Assembly (NCBI RefSeq): GCF_018977255.1
Contig: NW_024705330.1
Span: 1 to 54,175, forward strand
Direction: 5' to 3'
DNA from: Callorhinchus milii
Lineage: Eukaryota
Length of the DNA stretch: 54,175 nucleotides
Under the pieces are notes generated by a model, which saw only the letters and a program-made list of their open reading frames with translations, was not told the DNA's origin and made no database searches. The first letter of the stretch is position 1. Every line of letters begins with the position of its first letter. Shown here in pieces: positions 36,534-49,475 of this stretch. The position numbers and the translations under genes were made by a program.

Positions 36534-39500
36534 TCACAACAACCGGCGCGTCTTGGCGCGTGTCCGTGCAGCGGGCCCGTCACAAGGGCCCGACCCGGTC
36601 GGGCCGGCGGCGGGTGTTGACAGTTCAGGCGCACGGCCCTCCGGCTTCCCGGACGAGCCTGCGCCGACCCCCTCGGGGGAGGCTGGCGGCCGAGAGGGCG
36701 TTAATCCTTGGACCCCTGAAGGCGGAACAGTTAGCAGCGGATCAGAGGCTGGGGGTGAACCCGCCCTCCAGGAGTCAGTGGACCCCCCACATGTTCGGCC
36801 ATAGTTGTGAGAGGAAGCATGTGGCGCAAAGAACGGCTTCAACCGTGAAGGGTGGACGAACCACCGACGCTTCCCCCATTTAATGCGAACACATTGGGGT
36901 CGCACAACCTGCACAATTTCCACGGGGCCCCTCCATGGTCGCAACAGCTTAGACGAGGTAGCCAATGGCACCTGGGGACAGTGTAGCCACGCTCTGTCGC
37001 CCGGGTGCCATTCGTGCGTGTGTGACCGGCGCAATCGCAACCTTTCATTCGCCTTCTGGCGAGAGTCAGAGTTTTGAATAGCCGCCTCCCGTGCCTCAGC
37101 CAACTTGAGGATATTAAATTTAACATGGTCAGCCAATTTGGACTTAGCGTGTGGTGTGGAAATTCTCAGCTGGGTCGCGACAGGCGGGTCAACTTCGCGG
37201 CCATACATTAAAAAAAATGGCGAGAATCCGGTCGCCGCGTGAGGAGCCATCCTGTAAGCTGCCAGAACTCCCGGGATCTGAAGGTCCCAATCGGTTTGGG
37301 ACTCAGATACCTGGTGGGATAGCATGGACGTAATAGTCCTATGCAGGCGTTCTACCATCCCATCCGTTTGTGGGTGGTAAGGGGAAGTACGAATTTTCTT
37401 CGTACCGAGAAGCTCACACACCTCGTGTAAAAGGGAACTAGTGAAGTTCTTTCCCTGATCGGTCAACAACCGTTCCGGAGCGCCCTTGTCGAGGACATAG
37501 CCCTGGACAAAAGCCTCCGCAACGGCTGCTGCCGACTGGTTGGCGAGGGGCCAAGCCATAGGCCATCGCGTGAAATATTCCACGCCAACCAGTAGGTACT
37601 TATTACCCCTAGGCGTGGAAGGAAACGGCCCCAAAATATCAAGAGCGACAAGCTCATTAACCCGGGTGACCGAAATAGACTGGAGCGGTGGGCTGGCTCC
37701 CCTTGCTGGCGGCTTCCGTTGAGCACACTGGGTACAAGACTGCAAGAGATCGTCCACATCCCTTGCCATGCCCGGCCAAAAGAAATTAAGCTGGAGCATG
37801 GCAAGGGTTTTGTGGGTGCCCAGGTGCAGGAGCCGCTCATGAGCAGCCCATACAGCCCTACCCCTCAACGTGGAAGGCACCACCAGCCTGTGGCGGCGGA
37901 TCGTCCCGTCCCAATGCATGAGGAGGCCCTGGCACAACCCCCATGAGTCAACGCCCGACCTCCCTGACCGGATCCTCCCGCGCGACGCCGTAGCGCCAGG
38001 AGGGAAGTATCCTCCATTTGGAGGCGCCCCCACTCCGCACCTGACAAGCCCAGTAGGGAATCCTTCCCTCCCATTTCAATAGGGCCAACGCCCGAAGGAG
38101 CCTCAACGGCGGCCGCAAGGACCCGATCCTGGCCGTCGCTCGCAGATTTGCAACGCCCCGAGCCCAAGAAACAAGTGCAATCCAAGTGGCCGGCAGGCGC
38201 GACAGGGCATCGGCATTAGTGTGGCGAATCCCCTTGCGATATGTTGTTTCGAAATCGAAATCCTGAATGATCTCCAGCCATCGGGACAATTGCCCCGATG
38301 GCTGGTGAATACGCAGGGCATACTGCAATGCCGCATGATCTGTACGGACGGTGAAATGCCGGCCGTACAGATATGGCCGGTACTGTTGAATAAAGAAAAC
38401 AATAGCCAACAGTTCACGGCGGGTGACGCAGTATCTTTGCTCGGCAGGAGACAATACTCTACTACCGTAAGCCACAACGCGCTCCACGCCACCAACAACT
38501 TGGGAAAGCACGCCCCCAATCCCCGTGTTGCTCGCGTCCGTGTCGAGCACGAAAGGTAGAGAAAAATCGGGGTAACTCAACGGCGGGGCCCCCACCAAGG
38601 CATCACGAAGAGAGTTAAAGGCGGCCTCCTCTTCCGGCCCCCAATGAAATTTCACCCCCTTTGCCGTTAAGGCATGTAACGGCTTAGCGATGGAAGCGAA
38701 CTCCGCGACAAACCGCCGGTAATATGAAGCAAAACCGATGAAGCTCCTAACCTCCCCCACCGAGGTGGGAGTCGGCCAGGAGCTGACACAACGCGTTTTG
38801 GCGGGATCGGTTGAGATACCTGACCGTCCGACGATGTGACCCAAATATCTCACAGATTCGCGGAGCAAATGGCACTTTTGTGGTTTAAACTTCAAATTAG
38901 CTGCGCGCATTTTGAGAAAGACGGCCCGAAGCCTATCAAGATGTTCCTCGAATGTCCTACTAAATACGATCACGTCGTCTAGGTAAATCAAACAGACCTC
39001 CCATTGCAAGCCAGCGAGAACCAATTCCATTAGGCGCTGGAACGTTGCGGGAGCTGAGTGGAGCCCCATAGGCAAACGATTAAATTGGAAGAGGCCGTGC
39101 GGCGTTCGAAAAGCCGTTTTGGGCTTCGATTCGTCATCCAAAGGAAGTTGCCAAAACCCTGACAGCAAATCCAAGGTGGAGAAGAATCGTGATCCAGCCA
39201 GGGCATCCAGAGATTCGTCCATTCGAGGAAGCGGGTAAGCATCGGCCACCGAGATTTTATTCAAACGCCGAAAATCAACGCAGAACCTTAGGGACCCATC
39301 GTGCTTTTTAACCAACACTATGGGTGCACCCCAAGGGCTGGTTGAGGGAGAAATAATGTCAGAAGCCAGCATGTCATCTACAGCCGATTTGACATGATCC
39401 TTTTCGGCGGGACTTAACCGAAAAGGATTTTGGCGGATAGGAGCGTTGTCACCGGTGTCAATATGGTGGCGCAGCAATTTTGTACATCCGATATCATATT

Positions 39501-41884
39501 TGTGCTTACTAAAGACGTCGGAAAATTCTCGCAAAAGGGTACGCAATTTAGCACGTTGTGAGTCAGATAGGTCAGGTGTCTCAGCACAAAGCGCCTCCAG
39601 CCAACCCTCGTCATGGTCTGACTGCAGTTGCGGCTGAGAAGCGGTGGCCACCTGGCCAATGATCGGCGTTTCCGCAGGTACCGGAATCGCGTGTGCGAAC
39701 ACGGTTCCTTGGGAAACCACCGCCGTCCGTGTCCCGACATTGAGGACCGCGATGAACGGGTCCTCATCCCCTTTAACAATTGTCTGGGCCGTCACCAAAT
39801 CTGGCCCATTCACCCCGGCCCTAGACGGCCCCAGCAAAATGCCCTGGTCTAAGACCCCTTTAGCGAACGGTCGACGCAACCGCAGGGGCACGAGCATCTG
39901 TGCCCCCGGGGGTACGCGCACCGTTCGAGCAACGAGCGCCTGTACCGTTGCACAGGCTGTACGCAAGGCAGGGGTGGAGGGCAAGAACGTTATACGTCGG
40001 CCCGATGGAAGTTCGATGCATCCCTGGTCAATCAAAATTTTGACAGGCATTTTGGCCAAAAAGTCTGTCCCCAACAGGCACGGAATTGCCAGAGAGGAGG
40101 AGACCAACACCGGCCCAGATAATTTAATATCCCCGATAGAAATTTGCGCTCGAATTTGGCCGATGATACCTAACGAGCCCCCGTTTGCAGCGTAACACGG
40201 TATGTCGACGGGGAGCAACGGGCGACTCTGAACGGGCAGGATATTATAAATTAAATCGGAAATGATAGTCGCCGATGCTCCCGTGTCGATCAATACCCGT
40301 ACTTCCACCCCATCAATGTGCCCCGTGACAACGGACGACCCCGCCGACGCAGCCACAACACGGTGAGCCAACTCGGACCATTGGCCCGGTTGGAGCGCCC
40401 TCCCCATCAAGCCGCGACCCGACGCACCAGCACCCGAACCCCGAGAATCGTGTGTCGGGGCATGTGAGAAAGAAGTGGGTGTGCGTGCAGGCCGAACATG
40501 TGGGGTGCCACGACTTGCCGGAGGATGTTGTGGAGGCTTTTGAAGAGGGCCGTCCTCAGCCCCAGTTCTTGCTCCGCGCTGTCGAGGAGCCCGGCATCCC
40601 GAAGCCACGTGGCCCCGGAGGCCACAGTTGTAGCACACGACGAGTGCTCCAGAAGACTTGGGCTGCTCTCGGTGGCTCGGTGCGTCCCGAGCCGGTCGCC
40701 CGCCAGACCGCCATCCCGCAGAACGGCCCGCAGCGAAGACCCCCTCGGATTCGGAGGTGGTTGCCGCCACGGTGTGACCCGCAGCTGCCTTGTTGGCCTT
40801 CCTCCGTTGGGAAATCAGGTTGGCATGGATGTGCCTTGCAGCCCGCAATGAAGACATGTCCGCATCATCCTGCGCCAGGATGACGAAGTTCAAGTCGTCG
40901 GCCAACAGCAAAATTTTTTCGGCCACCATCGCGTCCACCCCTTCCTCGTCCATGCGCGGGAAGGCCGCCTTCGCCAACGCCAACAGGGCCGTGCGGTACG
41001 CGAGTGGTGACTCCTTGTCGCCCCTCTGCCGCTCGTAGAAAAGCTGGCGACAATCGGAAGGCGGCCCATAAACCGTGGCCAGCACTTGCAGCGCCGACCG
41101 AAGTGTGGAGCGTGCCGACCTGGGTGCAGCGGTGAGGGTGCCAAGGGCGTCGCTATCCAGCATCGCCGGAAGAGCACGCAGCGCCTCGTTGTCCGTCCAC
41201 CCAGCCATCTCTTGGTGGGCGAGGAAACGGCGCTGAAACCCACCCCAATCGCCGCCGCTTGATACGAACTCCTGCAGGGCCGGCAGGCGTTGCTGAAATG
41301 TCGGCTCCGTCTCCGACGATCGCCCAGCTCGCGTACTGTCTCCATGGACTGTATGGGGAGCAATGGCGGACCCTAATGGAGGTCGCGCCGTCGGTGACGC
41401 GCTGGTTTCGGCTTGGTCGGTGCAGTTGTCCGCTGTTGATGACCTGGCGACCGCTGATAGGTAGCCACTGCGACCCGCCCCCGCCGATGACGTGGTGCTT
41501 GCTGGTTGGGCCCCGTCGCCCGCGTGACGTGCTGGGGCCCCTCCCTCGGCTCCCACTGTACCCGTGGCGGGAAGTTCAAGCCTCCGGCCCATCGCAAAGG
41601 CGGGAGTTTCTGGCGGGCGCTGTCCGTCTTCACGCTGCGCCGCTCCCCCGGCCCCAGGCGGTTATCTGCTCCAGCATGGCGGCCGCTGCATATAGGAGTT
41701 CCGCCAATCGGGAGTGGGCCAACGCCAACTCATCAGCCGACGTCCCGGCTCTCTCCGACTGCCCTGCAGGTGGTGGAGCCGGCAGCGGTTGGCCAGGTAC
41801 GTCGGCGGCGATATCTTGCACCGCCTCTCCCAAGCTGTCGTCCTCTCCGGGGTCTTGGGTACGAGTTGTCTGTCTCGTATCCAT
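36534..41884 (-). pseudogene. Gag-Pol of Gypsy B, disrupted (stop at 41630-41632, frameshifts near 41600 and 38040-38190)
   Basis: CYNCGLRGHVASGC, LIDTGAS, YLDD and RNase H in ORF 37948-41592; integrase in ORF 36534-38033; ATG at 41884 just after the PBS. Confidence 0.92.
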
Positions 41885-41909
41885 TCTTTCGACCACTTCT
41901 GACGCCAGA

Positions 41910-42471
41910 TGTAGTGAGTTCCAGGGAGACTGACGACGGAGTCGAGGCACACTCTTTTATTAAACTCAAGGCAGTACAATACTTGAAGGGGTAATGGCCC
42001 CTTCACCCGTACTAGATGGGAAAACACCCCTAGCACTATTCCCCTGTCCTGTTCCCAGTCCTCCTCTAATAGTGCTATGTGAGGCTGTCTGATCCGGCCC
42101 TGGTAAAGCACGGATCCCGGCACCCAGCTAACCCAGCCTTGCTCTTACAAGAGCAGAGGTCCGGAAGCTCTTGGGCCGCGCCACTGGCTTGCCCAGCTCG
42201 GCCCTGACAAGGACAGCGAGACAGGGGAGTCCCAGGGCCTATTCTGCTGGTCTTCAGACTTCACTGGTAAGCTTCTTCCACACTGGCCCCGAGCTCTCTG
42301 GCTCCCCGCCTTTTATAGGAATCCCCTCCGAGGAGTGGAGTTATGGGGGATCACAGAGCCCCCATGGCCCCCCAGTGGTTAACGGATGCGGACGTGGATG
42401 TAAACACCTGTGTGTGGGTGCAGACACCCTTGTGTTTTCTGTCCGCCCTTCTCCCCGTAATAACCCCTACA
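41910..42471 (-). repeat. 5' LTR of Gypsy B (562 bp)
   Basis: Direct repeat of 35725-36284. Confidence 0.97.
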
Positions 42472-43424
42472 CTAGTAACGAATTGGCACCGCGCTGTTTA
42501 TATGATAAACCCCGTTACTAATTGGCTGTGTGGTCGGGTGGTGGCGGTTTTAACGACACATTTATATTGACGAGATCTAACCCAAAAAAACACTATGATG
42601 GATGATATTGGTCGCGAAAGCCCTACTACGTTTTATCATTACACACCACATGCACAAAGTGCTTGCCAAGAAGGAGAGGAGGAAGACGTGAGGAGGATGA
42701 GGAAGGAGACACGGGGAGGAGGCAGATGCGAGATGGGAGACACGAGGGATAGAGGGAGATGAGGATAGGAGAGAGGAGACGCGGGGAGGAGGGGGGAGAC
42801 GCAGGGAGGAGGGAGATGAGGATAGGAGAGAGGAGACACAGGGAGGAGGGGGGAGACGAGGGGAGGGAGACACGGGGAGGAGGGAGACGCGCGTCGCAGC
42901 AGCGGCAGCTTTTGGCTGATAGCCATCAACACAAAGACGGTGGCCACCCGCATCATCATCGCGCGGCGCCTTTCAGATGCGCCGCTTCCGCGGTCGTCTG
43001 GAATGCTGTCTTCCTTTTCAACAATATTAGGAAGCACCGCTGGGAGCTGCCCTGCACTTTCAAATCATCATCTTCATCGTCTAGATTGACACTTGTTTCT
43101 TTAGGACTGCTTGTTGTTGTTGGGTTTACTTTGTTATCCTTGCCTGGTTCTGCCCCGCCAACCTCACTTTAGATTAGCCACGGTTGGCTACGTACGGTGC
43201 GAAAGCATTTCAACATACATACAACCACAGACCTACAGACACCGAGAAGCAGAGAACCAGAAAGACCCACAGACCTCCAGACCCATAGACACCCAGAGAG
43301 ACGTCAGATTAGCACGGTTGGCAACGTGCGGTGTGAAAGAAGTCCAACATCCAGGTTGGTGCTGATGATGTATTTGTTTACCTTAGGTACCTCTCATCGT
43401 GTTTGTGTGTCCAGACAGTCCCCG

Positions 43425-45067
43425 CAGAGGCATAGCTAGGATATTTTGCGCCCGGGGACGAACTATAAAATTGGACGCCCCCCCCCCGTTTAATCACATT
43501 TTCCTATTACATCGAATATAGAATAACAATTGAAATTTTAATGAATCATTGTATTTAAAGAAGCAAATTTATAGAAATTATATTACATGGCTCACTCAGT
43601 CACTGTCGTAGACTGGTTGACATAGTATACAAAAGATTACTTTTTCTTGATTTTACTGTGGCAAACTGGTCAATCACGTAATCAAAAATCAGTTTTTTCC
43701 AATGTTTCTCTTTCAACGCTAAGAAGAGCAAGATCGTTGAGACGATCTTGTCCCATTGAAGCACGCAAATACGACAAAATAAGTTTCAATTTGCTGAACG
43801 AACGCTCACAGCTTGCAATTGAAACTGCTATTGTTAATAAAATTTGCAGTGAAATTCGCAAATTCGGAAATATGTCGTCTCCATAAAACACAATAAAACC
43901 AAGAAGATCCAAAGGAGTTTCTGGTAGAACTTCATTCCGGTTACCGAGCAGAATTTTGCAATCTCCAATTTCTGTGAAAAGTTCATGGCCATTGATGTGG
44001 GTGTCATAGAAATTTCCAAAATCTGTGCAATTTCGACGAATTGCATCGACATCTGAGTCGGATAGAAGAGTTTTGACGTCCAGCAGAAATCCAAATTTTG
44101 TGTTCAGGTCTTTCAGTCGTAAAAACCGTGTTGACATCTCCTGTTGAAGTCGATAAAATACGCTCTTCATAACGCGCACAATTTGTTCTTCTGCTGAAAG
44201 TCCTGCATCTCTTGCCAGCTCTCCTGGAATCTTCCGACGTCGCCTAATTCTTCTGTCCACATCGATCCCCCAGGCTGTGCATCTTGTTTAGGCGTTTTCT
44301 ACAGCAACTTGGCTCAAATCATCACGAAGCTTGACAAATTCATGCTCCAAAGATTCAAGATCAGTTGCTGCTTCCTTGAAATTCATAGTAGGATCCTGTA
44401 AGCGCTTCTAAACACGATCAATTTTTTTCCAAGAATGACATTCCAGAAATGTAATAAAACTATGAAGTTAAAATTTAATACGCATGCCTGTAACTGTTCT
44501 GCATCACTTCTGGTTTCAGGCGTCATAGTTATGTCCTCCGATAATTTGTCTAGCAGCCCTACTAGTTCATCCAGTCCTTCATAGATAGCTTTAACAGCTT
44601 ATGATCGTGCACTCCAGCGTGTTTCAGACTCCCGCTTTACTGTGATGGGCACAGCTTTTTAACCCTTCCCAACGAATTGTTGAACGAGAGAAAAACAAAT
44701 ATATACTTTCAACTATTCCAAAAATGTGACGACAAGTGGATCCTGTTTAGCTGAGTGTACTCCTGCTAAGTTTAAGCTGTGGTTTTCACAGTTGACAACT
44801 AATGCTCTGTGATTTTTGTTGTTTGGGACGTTCTTCCATGTAAGTTCTTAATAGGCGCGCATACCAAAATGTAATTACAAGACATGTAGGCTGTGTGTGG
44901 CGGGATATATAAACTTTTAGGTTGAGGTGTAGATTTGTGCAGCAGTTTCAGGCTGCCGCGCCTGCCGCAATAAGTTATAATGTAACGTTGTAAGCCTAAT
45001 TTGGCGCCCCTTTACCTTGGCGCCCGGGGACATATGTACCCTCCTGCCCCCCCTAGCTACGCCTCTG
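43425..45067 (-). mobile_element. hAT transposon (Tip100/ZMYM1-like transposase), internally deleted
   Basis: TIRs cagaggcatagctagg / cctagctacgcctctg; flanking duplication gtccccg; subterminal gcgccc motifs; minus-strand CENHSLNL, ETRW and hAT dimerisation domain (FPNL..ASCERSFSKLKLI..QDRLNDLALLSVE). Confidence 0.9.
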
Positions 45068-45114
45068 GTCCCCGGGCTACGGAAGGGTTAGGTTCCCCAG
45101 ATCCTAAACCCTGA

Positions 45115-45430
45115 TGAGAGACGCACACTCCAAATATACGGCAGCAGCCAACGTCAGGGGTCGGGATCGAACCCGCGACCTCCTGGGAACCAGGCGAGGT
45201 AGTCAACATCTCTTCTCTATGAGTATGGGTCTCTGTGGGTCTCTGTGGGTCTGTGTGGGTCTCTAGGAGCATGGCTCTATGAGGGTCTGTGTGGGTCTCT
45301 ATGAGTATGGGTCATGGGGTGAGAGAGACGCAAACTCCAAATATACAGCAGCGGCAGGCATAGTCAGGGTTGGGATCAAACCCACGACCTCCTGCGTCCC
45401 AGGTGAGGTAGTTAACATCTCATAACCACA
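45115..45430 (-). mobile_element. Two tandem SINE 5' heads separated by (gtgggtctct)n
   Basis: Minus strand gagatgttractacctcrcctgg...gggttygatccc (B box) occurs twice. Confidence 0.7.
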
Positions 45431-45469
45431 GCGTGTCAAGATCAGGATAAAACCCATGGGGGGGGGGGA

Positions 45470-47012
45470 TGGAGGTTGACGAGGTGAGGTAATGGGTGAG
45501 GATAGGGGAGGTGAGGTGATGGGTAAGGAGGGGGACGAGGTGATGTAATGGGTGAGGAGAGACGAGCTGGGGTGATGGGTGGAGGGAGACGAGGTGAGGT
45601 GATGAGTGAGGTGGTAGACGAGGTGAGGTGATGGTTGAGGTGGGGGACGAGGTGAGGTGATGGGTGACGAGGCAGACAAGGTGATGGGTGAGGAGAGACG
45701 AGGTGAGGTAATGGGTAAGGAGGCAGACGAGGTGAGGTGATGGGTGAGGAAAGACGAGGTGCTGTGGTGGGTGAGGGGGACTAGGTGAGGTGATGGGTGA
45801 GGAGACTAGGTGAGGTGATGGGTGATGAGGCAAACGAGGTGAGGTGATGGGTGAGGAGGCAGATAAAGTGATGTGATGGGTGAGGAGGGGGACGAGGTGA
45901 GGAGGGGGACGAGGTGAGGGGTGAGGTGGACGAGGTGACGGGTGAGGAGGACCAGGCGCAGGGTGTGGTGGACGAGCGAGGGGTGAGGACAAGGTGAGGT
46001 GAGGGGTGAGGAAGACGAGCTGAGGGGTGAGGAGAACAAGGGGTGAGGAGAATGAGGGGTGAGGAGGACGAGGGGTGAGGAGGACGAGGGGTGAGGAGGA
46101 CGAGGGGTGAGGGAGGACGAGGGTTGAGGAGGACGAGGGGTGAGGAGAACGAGGGGTGAGAGGACGAGGGGTGAGGAGGACGAGGGGTGAGGAGGACGGG
46201 GGGTGAGGAGAACGGGGGGTGAGGAGGACGGGGGTGAGGAGAACGGGGGGTGAAAAGGACGGGGGGTGAAAAGGACGGGGGTGAAAAGGACGGGGGGTGA
46301 GGACTAAGAAGAACGAGGTGTGGGGTGTGGTGGACCAGCGAAGGGTGAGGAGGACGAGGTGAGGTGTGAGGAAGACGAGCTGAGGGGTGAGGAGAACGAG
46401 GGGTGAGGAGTAAAAAGAACGAGGTGAGGACGAGGTGACGGGTGAGGAGACTAGGTGAGGTGATGGGTGAGGAAAGACGAGGTGCTGTGGTGGGTGAGGG
46501 GGACGAGGTGAGGTGATGGGTGAGGAGGTAGAGAAGGTGAGGTGATGGGTGAGAAGGACGAGGTGAGGAGGGAGAGGTGACGGGTGAGGAGGACGAGGGG
46601 TGAGGAGGACGAGGTGAGGTGTGAGGAAGACGAAGCTGAGGGGTGAGGAGAACGAGGGGTGAAGAGAACGAGGGGTGAAGAGAACGAGGGTGAGGAGGAC
46701 GGGGGTGAGGAGTAAGAAGAACGAGGTGTGGGGGTGAGGAGGACGAGGTGAGGGGTGCGGACGAGGTAATGTTTGATTCGTGACAAAACATTTAATAAAA
46801 GTTATTCATAACATCCTGAACTATAGTCAATTATTCACATCTACTACATAGAGTGCAGGTAGCCGTGTGAGGAGGATGAGATGAGGAGAACGAGGGTTGA
46901 GTTGAGGACGACGGGTGAGGTGGACGAGGTGAAGGGTGAGGTGAGGACGAGATGTGGGTTGAGGACGAGGGGTGAGGAAGACGAGGTGAGGGTGAGGAGG
47001 ACGAGGTGAGGT
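45470..47012. repeat. Purine-rich (GAGGTGAGG/GACGAGG)n low-complexity array
   Basis: Directly visible. Confidence 0.9.
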
Positions 47013-47405
47013 CGGTAAGGGAGGTGTCGGTCTCCGGCGTGTTGCATGATATTTGTTGCTATGCTCGATGTTTGATTTGTGACAAAACATTTAATGAAGT
47101 TCTTAATAACATCCTGAACGATAATACTGTATAATCAATTACTCGTGTCTGCTGCATAGAGGCCAGGCACCCGCGTATGCCCTCCGAGTGTGCGTGTACA
47201 GCAGGGGTCCTCAAACTTTTTAAACAGGGGGCCAGTTCACTGTCCCTCAGACCGTTGGAGGGCCGGACTATAGTAAAAAAAACTATGAACAAATTCCTAT
47301 GCACACTGCATATATCTTATTTTGAAGTGAAGAAACAAAATGGGAACAAATACAATATTTAAAATGAAGAACAAATAAAGTTAAATCAACAAACTTGCCA
47401 GTATT

Positions 47406-48965
47406 TCAATGGGAACTATGGGCCTGCTTTTGGCTAATGAGATGGTCAATGTCCGGTTCCATATTTGTCACTGCTAGTCGTAACAAGTGATGCAAGTGTG
47501 CATCCGTTAGTCTAGATCTGGTTGGAGATTTCAAATTTTTCATTCTGGGAAAAAGTCTGTTCACAGACATAAGTGCTGCCAAAGATGGTTGCCATTTTGA
47601 GTGCATGGTTCCTGAGATGAGGATATGTCTCAGAGGGGAGAGATGCATAGAAATTATGAAGGCTGCTTGACTTGAATGCGTCTTTCAGAGAGTCACAATT
47701 CTGCAGTTCAGCCAGTTCCATTTGGTAAATTGTATCCACATTTTCAATGTCAATAGAAAATGGGTTACGGAAAAGCTGTATGGCCTGTTCATGGCGATGA
47801 AGCTCTTTAAATGTAAATTGGAACTCCTTTTGCAATTTTCCAGTGAATCACACATGTTTTGTTTGGGAATTGCAACCAATGGTTTTTCCGCTAACAGATT
47901 TTGAGTTGTGGGGAGATGGCATAAGTTTTCCTCCTTAACTTGTTTGATGAGGAGGCCTAATTCTACTTAAAATGCTTTGACATGTGATTGCATATCACAG
48001 AGGAGCTTCCCCTTTCCTTGAAGTTACACATTGAAACTGTTGAGTAGCTCTGTTACATCTGTCAGAAAGGCAAGGTGCCATTTCCATTCTGCATCATTGA
48101 GATCTGGTACTTCTTTGTTTTTTGAAAGCAGAAAAGCTGTAATCTGTGGAAGTAAGTCATAGAAACGTTTCAAAACTCTCCCTCGACTCAGCCAACGGAC
48201 TTCTGTGTGGTACAGAACATCTTCATAGTCAACATTTAGTTCAGACAGAAATTCCTGAAATTGTCTGTGGTTTAGTGCATGAGCTCTAATGAAGTTAAGA
48301 CAAGATACCACAATTTTCATAACAGAGTCCCACTTCAGTGATTTACTACACAGCGCTTGTTGGTGGATGAGGCAGTGTATGGCTATTGGATGAGAATGGT
48401 TATGTTTGTCCATCTCTTGGTTAATGCGAGCAATTACTCCTTTCTTAGACCCCACCATGCTAGGAGCATGGTGGGGTCTAAGATGCTGATGCAAATTGTC
48501 TCCCATTTCTTCAATCCTCCGTGTAATTGTAGGTCCTGAAAGACTCACTGTACTAAATAAATCGGCCTTCTCTGGACACATCTCTTTGGCAACAGAAAGA
48601 AGGCATTCTTTAACAAATTCTCCCTCCATGAATGGTCTGCCAGTGCACGCTATTAGCTTGGCAACTTGAAAACTTGCTCGCAGTGATGAAATATTTAGCT
48701 GCTTCTGCTTCACAAAAGTATTTTGCTGAGTTGTTAATGTATTTTTTAGTTTAATATTTATCTTTTCTCCGACCAAACAATCATATTTATCTTTATGTTG
48801 AGTTTCATAGTGTTGACGTAAATTGTATTCTTTGAACACAGACACTATATTCTGGCATATCAGACACACAGCTCTTTCCTTGTACTGCATGAAAAAGTAA
48901 TCATAAGTCCACTGTTCTTTGAATATCTTACACTCCGAGTCAATTTTTCTCTTTCTTGACATCAT
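47406..48965 (-). pseudogene. GTF2IRD2/SPIN-like hAT transposase, deleted and frameshifted
   Basis: BED-like CLIC..NLRQHYETQH, HCLIHQQAL, EVRWLSRG, LAFLTD, FGSTYVCEQTFS, RSRLTDAHL. The first catalytic-Asp region is missing. Confidence 0.92.
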
Positions 48966-49334
48966 TGTTTCCTAGGGAGTCAAAATTGCTATTAGTAAAA
49001 TACCATATATATACAGTGCTACAAAAAACAATATACCAGCAATAACTTTGCCCACACAGAGACATACAGACTGCACTGCCCATCAATGCAGTCTGGGGAA
49101 CTCCGCTTTTACCCCAGGCTCACACTGGTGCGGGTGCCATTAAAAAGTTAATTACACCTGCAGTTTTGTTCACAGATCGCAGTACATCCCCAGCACACAA
49201 GAATATCACTGGGAGTGGAGCCGAGGGGCAAGTGAGGGAGCTGAGCGAGGCAGAGCTAGTCAAGTGCAGCCAGGGGAGGGCTGGCAGCCTTAGGCCTGGG
49301 GGGCAAGTCCAGTCAATTGGCCCATTGAACCATT

Positions 49335-49475
49335 CACCAGCGCAGCTCAATGAGTGCCCACCGCCGCAGCTCAATCAGTACTCACCAGCGCAGCCCAATT
49401 AGTGCCCACCGCCGCAGCCCAATGAGTGCTCACCAGCGCAGCCCAATTAGTGCTCACCAGCGCAGCCCATTAGTG
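49335..49475. repeat. ~21-bp minisatellite (caccagcgcagcccaattagtgc-like, ~6 copies) inside the hAT
   Basis: Directly visible. Confidence 0.85.

Larger units (their letters stand above)
35725..42471 (-). mobile_element. Complete Ty3/Gypsy LTR retrotransposon (element B)
   Basis: LTRs 35725-36284 and 41910-42471 (TGTAG...CTACA); TSD ctag (35721-35724 / 42472-42475); PBS tggcgtcagaagtgg on the minus strand (41893-41907); poly-G PPT (36288-36297). Confidence 0.97.

Noticed and set aside
45110..45150. CTGATGAG as another hammerhead core
   Set aside because: No stem II or GAAA follows.
45150..45215. tRNA gene
   Set aside because: B box is present but there is no cloverleaf; it is a SINE head.
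46769..47120. ~50-bp AT-rich direct repeat about 300 bp apart
   Set aside because: Local duplication beside a low-complexity array, with no element hallmarks.
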